A DNA stretch of 64,000 nucleotides from Piromyces finnis finn (lineage: Eukaryota > Fungi > Neocallimastigomycota). The first letter of the stretch is position 1. Each line of letters starts with the position of its first letter. Where the stretch lies: contig MCFH01000051.1 in the NCBI GenBank assembly GCA_002104945.1, positions 310,001-374,000 of the forward strand. Direction: 5' to 3'. Shown here piece by piece: positions 1 to 8,700 of this stretch. The position numbers were made by a program, and so were the translations under genes. Under the pieces are notes generated by a model. The model saw only the letters and a list, made by a program, of their open reading frames with translations. It searched no databases and was not told the DNA's origin.

Positions 1-811
1 CAGATTCTGATCCAGAATTTTCAAATTCAACATCTATTGGGCAATAATATGGATATTTATAACCTGAATATTGGAACTCATCACAATCAGAACTATCAAA
101 ATCTTCCCATTCATTTTCATCATCTGATTTCTTTCCACAAGCAGCATCAGTTGGTGGTGGTGGCATTCCTGGGCCTGGTGGTGGTGGACATCCATTTGGT
201 GGTGGTGGCATTCCTGGGCCTGGTGGTGGTGGACATCCATTTGGTGGTGGTGGCATTCCTGGACCTGGTGGTGGTGGACATCCATTTGGTGGTGGTGGCA
301 TTCCTGGACCTGGTGGTGGTGGACATCCATTTGGTGGTGGTGGCATTCCTGGGCCTGGTGGTGGTGGACATCCAGCTGGTCCGTGACGATGACCATGATG
401 TGGACCATAACCCCATTTTCTCCATTTTTTCATCATTTTCCTATCCCATGGTGGACAACATGAGTCCCCATATGGACCATGACATCCTTGATGGCCTGGT
501 GGACAGTGTAAACCACCAAAATCAAATGTACCAAAACCTGACTTTGGAACAACATCATATTTTACTTTTAAGCAAAATAATTCACCTGCTTCTTCTTCAT
601 CTTTACCTGAATTTTTGTTTAATTTGAATTTAATATAGTTTTTACCATCATCTCCTTCAATATTAATTTCATTTAAACCTTTTTGAAGAAGTTCTAAACC
701 ATTGTTTATATTTTCATTCTCGACAGATTCGCCACTTTCTTCATTAGAAATTTGAAGTGATTTTAATGGTAAAGTAGTCATTAATAATAAATCGTTCTTT
801 TTTGAGTCCAT
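1..811 (-). CDS. Pro/Gly/His/Cys-rich repeat protein of unknown function; runs off the left edge of the window
   Basis: Hand translation of a minus frame missing from the ORF track. ATG at 811 gives MDSKKNDLLL...HCPPGHQGCHGPYGDSCCPPWDRK...GPHHGHRHGPAGCPPPPGPGM(PPPPNGCPPPPGPGM)n PPPPTDAACGKKSDDENEWEDFDSSDCDEF..., with no stop down to base 2 (270 codons). Confidence 0.8.
   Translation of the reverse strand, partial: MDSKKNDLLLMTTLPLKSLQISNEESGESVENENINNGLELLQKGLNEINIEGDDGKNYIKFKLNKNSGKDEEEAGELFCLKVKYDVVPKSGFGTFDFGGLHCPPGHQGCHGPYGDSCCPPWDRKMMKKWRKWGYGPHHGHRHGPAGCPPPPGPGMPPPPNGCPPPPGPGMPPPPNGCPPPPGPGMPPPPNGCPPPPGPGMPPPPNGCPPPPGPGMPPPPTDAACGKKSDDENEWEDFDSSDCDEFQYSGYKYPYYCPIDVEFENSGSES
153..374. 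repeat. 45-bp coding tandem repeat, ~5 copies (15-aa unit PPPPNGCPPPPGPGM)
   Basis: Unit GGTGGTGGTGGCATTCCTGG(G/A)CCTGGTGGTGGTGGACATCCATTT starts at 153, 198, 243, 288 and 333. Confidence 0.95.
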
Positions 812-1544
812 GTTTTCAAATGAATATGTTATATAATAAACTTTTCGATATTATATATATATAAATATTTATTTAATATCTATTATAAAATTTATTGTCT
901 TTAATATATTTGTCTTTAGAATTAATTAGTGAATTAATTATTTATTTTAAATATTTGTCTGTTTTTATTCAAATAAAATAAGAAAATATAGCAACTATTT
1001 TTAATGTATATATATTATATAATTAATATTATTAATTATCTTTTTTAAATAATTCAACTAATGATTTTTAAAAAAAAAAAAAAAAGCAAGGAATAAACTT
1101 TTCAATTTATACTCATTCTAAAAAATGTTATTTTTCCTTTTTTAATGAAATTTAATTATAAATTTTAATAAAAAAAAACTATTTATAAATTATAGAATTT
1201 GATATTTGATGTATTATAATATTCAAAATAGTATAGAAAAAAAAAGATATATTATTACTAATATATAATTAATAAATATTATTTTGAATATTTTGTTATA
1301 TTACTAATTGTAAATAGGATTAGTAATTCAATAACCTAGAAAAATAAAAATTTTAATATACTTATTTTTAATAATATATTGAAATATGTAAATATTTAAT
1401 ATATACTAATATATTAATTTTAATATATTTTAAAATATAATATAAATAAAAAATTTTAGATTTTCTATTTTACTAATATTTAACAAAGTATTGATATTTA
1501 TCTAAAATAAATATAATCTATTCACTTAAATATTGTAAATACAA

Positions 1545-1660
<116 letters not shown>

Positions 1661-3624
1661 CTTATCCATTATTTATATATATGTTAATACTATTATTATT
1701 AAAAAATAAAATATAAGCATTTATAAATATTTATATATTAAAATGAAATATATATATCATTTTTTAAAAATTGAAAGCATTTATAATATAAAGTTATTCT
1801 TTATGAAGATAATCCTTGGCTTTTTTATTTAAAACAGCCAATGATTAAATCTAATAATAATAACTATTATATTATATTTTTTTTTGAAAAAAAAAAGTTT
1901 TTCTCTATTTCTGCAGAATTAGAATTAAAATTTCAATTAATAAAATTAATATATTTATCTTAAATTATAGAATGAATATTATTATAGTATAAATATAATA
2001 TAAATATCATAAATATAATAAATATTATTTCATCTCTTTTCTAATTATTCACTATAACACTCTCTTCTTGTTAACTTTTAAGGTTTATTCATTTATTCTC
2101 TTTTTTTCTTTTTTATTTAAACAATAATAAAAATATACTTTTTACTATTTATTTCACTCTTTTAAGATTTTAAATTTGAAAAATAACCATTTAAATATAT
2201 AATTACATTCTATAATATACTACAGCATAAAAAAACGTAAATTTATTGGTTCATTCTTGGCATATGTAATAAAAAGGCAAACAAACTTTTATAAACAATC
2301 TTATTAATAATTAGTAATATAAAGAAGTTCGTTTTTTTTTTACCATTTTGACAGTTAAATTATTAATTATAAAAATAAAAAAAAAAAAGGCAATGTCACT
2401 TATATTACTAATGATGAATTCAATTTTTAATTTAATAAAATTAAATATTAAATTTCAATTAATAATTATATTGAGAAAACTTTTAAAAATGACATTAAAC
2501 TTTAATTACTATCAAATAACTTTTGAGTAACTTTAAAAACTGTAATTCTGTAATTTTTTAGGATTTTTTTATAATAAAATTATTAGTATTTTTTAATATT
2601 TAATCCTTTGATAATATTTTAAATTGTATTTTTATTATAATGAATGTAATTATATGTAATTTTGAAATTTCAGTAAAGGAAAAAAAGTTTTAAGTTATTA
2701 AGTAATAAGAAATTTTTAATGTTTAATTGATGAAAAATATTGTAATATCAAAAAATTTGAGAGTAATTTTAACTGAAATTAAAATACATATATATTAAAG
2801 AAGAATAAAATAACTTTTCTATTAACATAACATATATATTTAGAAATCTTTAATTATAAAACAAGTTTTAAATTCATTTATTCTCTTTTTTATTTAATAA
2901 GTATTATATATTATAATCAATATTTTTTTACATTTGATTAGGGTTAGAATATTGTATTAGAAGATTTTATAAAAAAATTTTATTTTTGACTATTATTTTG
3001 TAATAAATTATTTCTTGAAATATGTAATAACTAGTATAATTACTAACATTATTTTATAGATTTAATAAAAATGTATAATTAATTGTTGATTATCAATTAT
3101 TATTGTAATTATTTTAAATGTGATAATCATAAACTTCTTAATGATTAATAATATATAATTATTTGATTTATTATTATTATATAACTTTGTTTTCAATATT
3201 GCAATAGAATAACATTAAAAATATATTTATGAAGAATGATATTAAAAAAATTTCTAATTTATGGTAATCATTTGCTTTTATTTAATTTCTATTTAATAAA
3301 TTCATTTTGAGTGGTACTCTAATTTTATGAAATAAATATATATATATATTGACTTCAATCTTACTAACAGTTTTATTTTTATTTTGAACTTTACTTAAAA
3401 TAAATTTTTATCTACTTTGATACATCTAGAATAGTAGTTATGTCAAATTAAATTTTTTTTTATACTTTGTTCCTACTAAGCATATTACAATATTTGGTTA
3501 TGGCTTATATTTTATATTATTTTATTCATTATATGATATTTCATAATTATATATTCTTTGATTTCTATTTAATCTATTTAAAATTTAGTATTTCTATAAT
3601 ATTTTAGACAACAAAGAATAATTT

Positions 3625-3969
3625 TGAAAATGTTGGATAAAAATATATCAATCGATATCAATATCAAAAAATTCGTGTCATTAAAAAAAATTGAATAGAA
3701 AATATATCATTTTTTTTTAACTATAAATAATTAATTATAATTCAATCTATTGAATACTACAGGAAATGCTTCGAAAAGACAAGCTTTCTTCTCTTTCCAT
3801 TTCGTATTCGATTTGATTTCATTCATATAAAAATATATATATATATATATATAAAACTATAATCGAAAGATCCTTGATCTTGGAGAGGAATGACACGAAT
3901 TTTTTGATATTGATACTGATATCAATATATACATTATATACAATGATATGTTTTTATTCAACATTTTCA
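3625..3969. mobile_element. MITE-like element, copy 1 (long imperfect TIRs, TG...CA ends)
   Basis: Perfect 27-bp inverted repeat: TATCAATATCAAAAAATTCGTGTCATT (3656-3682) and AATGACACGAATTTTTTGATATTGATA (3889-3915). Outer inverted repeat: TGAAAATGTTGGATAAAAA (3625) and TTTTTATTCAACATTTTCA (ends 3969). Confidence 0.7.
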
Positions 3970-4016
3970 TAACTGAATGTTTAATCATTAATATTATAAA
4001 AATATATTATATTAAA

Positions 4017-4592
4017 ATGAAATTAAGTATTATCTGTATTGAATTATTGGCACTATTATGCTTAAGTTGTGCCTATTTCATTAATAATGAAGAAATTACA
4101 TTATCTAAAAGAGATGTAGCAAAGAATGTATGGAATTTGGGTGGATTAGTTGTTGATGTTGGTATAAAAATTGGTATGTTTAAAGATAGTTATAGAAAAC
4201 ATAAACAAATACTAAGAGGTCAATGCGAAAGTGTTGGTGTTAGACCATATGGTACTATTGAAATTTGCTTACAAGGTCCTAATAGATTATATGGTAACTG
4301 GCGTAATCCATCTGTATTTGGATGTTATCATTTTGGTAAAGCATATACTAATTCTTTTACTGAATGCTGTGTTGTAGTTGCTAATGGTAATGTTAAAGTA
4401 CATAATACTATGTGCTCAGGACCAGCAAAAGATTTATTCAATGTTGATATATTTAAACGTTTATATTATCCTCAATGTGCTTATCGTACTAATAAATTTA
4501 ATACACAATGTGGTAATGTTAGTAATAAAACAAGAAAATGTGTTAACTTAAAGGGAAGTGTTGAAAAAGAGTGCAAAGATTATCCAAATTAA
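4017..4592 (+). CDS. Small secreted Cys-rich protein (191 aa): signal peptide, short propeptide, two KR dibasic sites; preprotoxin/effector-like
   Basis: The in-frame ATG at 4017 gives MKLSIICIELLALLCLSCA (hydrophobic signal). LSKR and IFKR are Kex2-type sites; 10 Cys after the first KR; intronless. The ORF-track start at 3948 lies inside the repeat. Confidence 0.8.
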   Translation: MKLSIICIELLALLCLSCAYFINNEEITLSKRDVAKNVWNLGGLVVDVGIKIGMFKDSYRKHKQILRGQCESVGVRPYGTIEICLQGPNRLYGNWRNPSVFGCYHFGKAYTNSFTECCVVVANGNVKVHNTMCSGPAKDLFNVDIFKRLYYPQCAYRTNKFNTQCGNVSNKTRKCVNLKGSVEKECKDYPN

Positions 4593-4713
4593 GTATTTTT
4601 TAAAAAGTATTCTTATATATATATATAAACACTTCCATTATTATAGATTATATAGTATATATTATTCTATCTATTTATATTTATAGTCATATTCATATTA
4701 TATATAAATGTAT

Positions 4714-5041
4714 TAAAATGTATTAAAATATAACAATATCAATATCAAAAAAATCGTGTCATTAAAAAAAATGAATAGAAATATATAATTTTTTTTAACT
4801 ATAAATAATTAATTATAATTCAATCTATCGAATACTACAAGAAATGCTTCGAAAAGACAAGCTTTCTTCTCTTTCCATTTCGTATTTGATTTGATTTCAT
4901 TCATATAAAAAAAAAAATATATATATATATATAAAACTATAATCGAAAGATCCTTGATCTTGGAGAGGAATGACACAGATTTTTTGATATTGATACTGAT
5001 ATTGATTATATACATTGATATATTTTTATTCAACATTTTCA
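4714..5041. mobile_element. MITE-like element, copy 2 (direct repeat of copy 1; left end degenerate)
   Basis: 4737-4995 aligns by eye with 3656-3915 at roughly 90% with small indels. It has the same inner TIRs (4737-4763 and 4969-4995). Its right end ATTGATATATTTTTATTCAACATTTTCA is at 5014-5041. Confidence 0.7.
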
Positions 5042-5327
5042 TATATATAATAATTTTAATTCCATTAAAATTATTACATATCATACAATCATACAAAATA
5101 TCAAAAATATTATTTTTAAAAATACCACACTCTCAGGTTAATTTTAATATATTATATTATATTATTTTAAATATATTTATTATTATTATTATTGTTATTG
5201 ATATTATAATTCATTCTTTTTAAAATTATTGAGGAAATTATTAATATTTTTAAAATAGTTTTTTTTATTAAGCTATTTTAATTTTTTAATAAGTATTAAG
5301 GATTAGAGTACAACATAAAAATTAAAA

Positions 5328-5463
5328 TATTTGTTTATTTGTAATTTTTTTTTTTTTTTAAAATCTCTTTTATTTAGGTATCTATATATAATATTTAAAT
5401 TTTTGTTATAATTCAAGCGTATAAAATATAATAATTTTATTTGAATATACAAGCATTATATTT
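5328..5463. repeat. 136-bp direct repeat, left copy, abutting the copia 5' LTR
   Basis: Identical by inspection to 11459-11594, including the T15 run. Confidence 0.9.
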
Positions 5464-5464
5464 C

Positions 5465-5699
5465 TGTGAAAATAAAATACATTACAAAATAATATTTTAT
5501 GTATTTTTTATGTATTTGTATTTTATAAAATTATAAATTAATATTGTACTACATTTTTATTCTTGGGTTATTTTTTAATAAAAAGATTTTAAGAAAGTTA
5601 CAATATTTATATTATAAAATAAATATAAATAAATAAAAGATTATAAAAACCCAAATAGTTTTATAAATAAATTTAAGTGTAAACTAAATTTATCTGACA
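5465..5699 (+). repeat. 5' LTR (235 bp)
   Basis: TGTGAAAATAAAATAC...AAATTTATCTGACA; no differences from the 3' LTR seen. Confidence 0.95.
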
Positions 5700-5713
5700 G
5701 ATTAAGAGTCTCA
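5700..5713 (+). promoter_or_regulatory. Primer-binding site complementary to the tRNA-Lys(CUU) anticodon arm (half-tRNA type)
   Basis: GATTAAGAGTCTCA abuts the LTR directly. Its reverse complement TGAGACTCTTAATC equals nt 27-40 of eukaryotic tRNA-Lys-CTT as recalled from the vertebrate sequence. Confidence 0.75.
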
Positions 5714-5747
5714 ATTGCTCTTATATTTAAGTAAGTTTTTTTTTAAT

Positions 5748-8700
5748 ATGTCAAAAAGAAAATCTAACGGAGATACTGGATCAATTCCTATATTCGATCC
5801 TACCGTTATGCTAGGAAAGGTCACTTATGAATTGAACAATAAAAATTTCATAACGTGGCAAATGTTTATGAGGAATATTTTAAATTATTATGGTCTTGAA
5901 GATTGGGTTGATGAAAACAAAACCCCAAAGATCAAAAGTGACGAAGGAATGGATATCGACGGAGAAGAATATCTAAAGGCACCTTTTGAAATCAATACCT
6001 ACTATGATAAGAACGTAACCGAAGATGACTTAAAAACAGATAGGAATATCCAATTTTTAATTAGGTATACTTTAGGCCCAAACTGCCAACAAGATATCCA
6101 AGATAGGTCTTTAACAAGCTACGAAATGTGGAAACTATTAGAAGACATTTATTTAGGGGATAAAATAGAAAGAAAGAATAGGCTTATTAAGGAAACAAAC
6201 TCCTTAAAATACGACCCGAAAGAAAGTTTCTCAAGATTTGTAAATAAGTTAAATTCCAACTTTAATAAGTTAGAACAACTAAATGTGAAAATAGATGATG
6301 AAGAAAAAATTGGTTTACTGTATCAAGCCTTACCAGAAAAATATAGGAAAGTCACAGTCCTTAAGCATGAAGACTGGGAAGAATGCAAAAAGGACACAGC
6401 AAGAATGATAGATAAGATGAACAAATTTGATCCGAAAGAGAAATCTGAAACCTTCGGAATTAGACATATCTTTAGTGTTGAAGGTAGTTACAAAGGTGAT
6501 AAAAGAAAGGAAAGTACTAAATACTACCGCAACAAACAAAGTAATAATCATAATAAAAATACAAATAAAGGAAAAGAAAAGTCCAATGAAGAAAGAAATT
6601 GGAATAACAAAAATAAACAAAACATTACATGTTATTTTTGTCATCAAAAAGGACATACTGTAAAACAATGTCGTATTCAAAAAGAACTTTCAGAAGAAGT
6701 TACAAGAAGGCTAAGAAAAGAGAAAAATAAAGGCAAGGAAGCATTTTTAGCAACAGGTGAAATAGTAAATAAACAAACCACTGAAGACTTTGAACCAGAA
6801 GTTGGATATCAAGATTTGTTTACAGTTGATTACAATACATTATTTGACAATAACAATGATGAATGTAATAATAAATCATGCAATTACGTATCTTGTGAAA
6901 ATGTACCTACAAGTTTTACTACATGGACTTTAGATTCTGGTGCTTCTAATCATATTACCAAAGATATAGGAATTCTCAAAAATGTTTTTGAACATGTAGA
7001 ACCAATCAATTATGCAAATGGAGCGACTACAAAGTCAACACATATGGGTGAAGTAAATGGATCTATTAATGAAGAACCAATAAAATTAGAAGATGTAATG
7101 TACATCCCAGATGTAAAACGAAATTTAATTTCTGTTGCCAAGTTAGTTAAAAGTGGCTACCAAATAATCTTTGATGAGAAGAACAATAATGTATTTGCAT
7201 ATATAAAAGATAAGAAAACAGATAATGTATACGAAGTTAAAGCAAATGAATATGATGTATTCAATTTGTACATCAAAGAAGGTAATGTAGTTAATAATTA
7301 CTCAATGTGCGATAATGTACGAAACAATGGTGAATACTGGCATAGAAGAATAGGGCATCTGAATTTCAACAATAATGATGAAAAGAACAATATTCACAAT
7401 TGTACAATATGCATGAGAAGCAAAATGAAAGAAATCCCTCATAAAAGGTCAGATAGTAGAGCATCAAGTGTTTTGGAACTAGTACACATCGATTTGGTAG
7501 GTCCAATCACACCATCAATTCATGACAACGTATACTTTTTAAGTATCTTAGATGATTACAGTCGATATGGATGGGTAATATTTGTCAAGAATAAAAGTGA
7601 TGTTTTCAAAGAATTTGGAAATTGGCTGAATAAAACTACTAATGAATTATCATCCAAAGTAAAATATCTTAGAAGCGATAATGGAACTGAATTCACTTCT
7701 AATAACTTCAAGGAGTTATGTAACGAATATGGAATAACTCAACAATTCACCGTCCCTGGAAATCCGGAGCAGAATGGAAGAGCAGAAAGATTCAATGGAA
7801 AGTTAATAAAAACTGCTACTGCAATGTTAATGGACGCAAGGTTATGTCGTCGCTTTTGGGAAGATGCTGTGAAAACAGCGAACTATGTTCATAATCGAGT
7901 TCCGCACAGTGGAATTAATGGTGAAATACCATTTGAATTAATGTACAACAGAAAAGTTGATTATAAAAATTTAAGAGTATTTGGATGTAAAGTGTATTAT
8001 TTAGATGACAGTAACATTCCAAAATTTCAAGACAAAACTAAGGAGGGAATCTTTATCGGATATGATGAATCTTCAGTAGGATACAGAATATTCGACATAA
8101 AATCAAGGAAAATTAAAGTGAAAAGAGTCGTAGGTTTTTTAGAAGAAGAACCTGGTGACTACAATTATAATTTAGAAAAAGAAAATAATAATGAAACATA
8201 TAGTCAAGATACAGAAACTTTTCAAGTAAGGAACTTTAATTATATGTATGATAAAGAAAATGAAAACAATAACAATAAAGACAAAAAAGAAAAGGACATT
8301 TCAAATGAAAATGATAAATTAATGAATGAAAACCTAGAAACACTCAATGATAAAACTAGTAATAAAGAAGACTTAAAAGAAGTAAATTATGAAGAAAAAT
8401 TTAGAAATATAGAAGAAAAGCTGGATAAGCTCACGTCACTATTAAATAAAGAAAAAAATAATAGTTCTGAAAGTTTTATGCAAGTCTGCGAGGACACTAA
8501 TGATAGTAATATGAGTATAGAAGACTCAGAAGAAGAAGACTTAAATCTCTTAGACTATATTAAACTAAAAGAAAAGAAAAAAGAACGTTTGAACAAAAAT
8601 AATTACCAGAAAATTGAAGGAATGGAAGAAAATAAAGAAATTAAAATAAGTACTTCAATGGAATCTGTAAGTGAAACCAATAAAGAAAAAGAAAACAATA

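Noticed and set aside
34-627. ORF-track entries 34..408, 37..627 and 147..425
   Set aside because: They are shadow frames of the 45-bp repeat. The third minus frame (ATG 811) is open throughout and gives a coherent protein.
3616-5050. TSD around the composite MITE unit (TA, 8-bp or 9-bp)
   Set aside because: The flanks GAATAATTT and TATATATAA share no clear duplication, so no superfamily (Mutator, hAT, Tc1) is assigned.
4809-5223. ORFs 4809..5096 and 4954..5223, and the extended start at 3948
   Set aside because: They lie in the MITE-like repeat or AT-rich flank and show only Ile/Tyr/Asn compositional bias.
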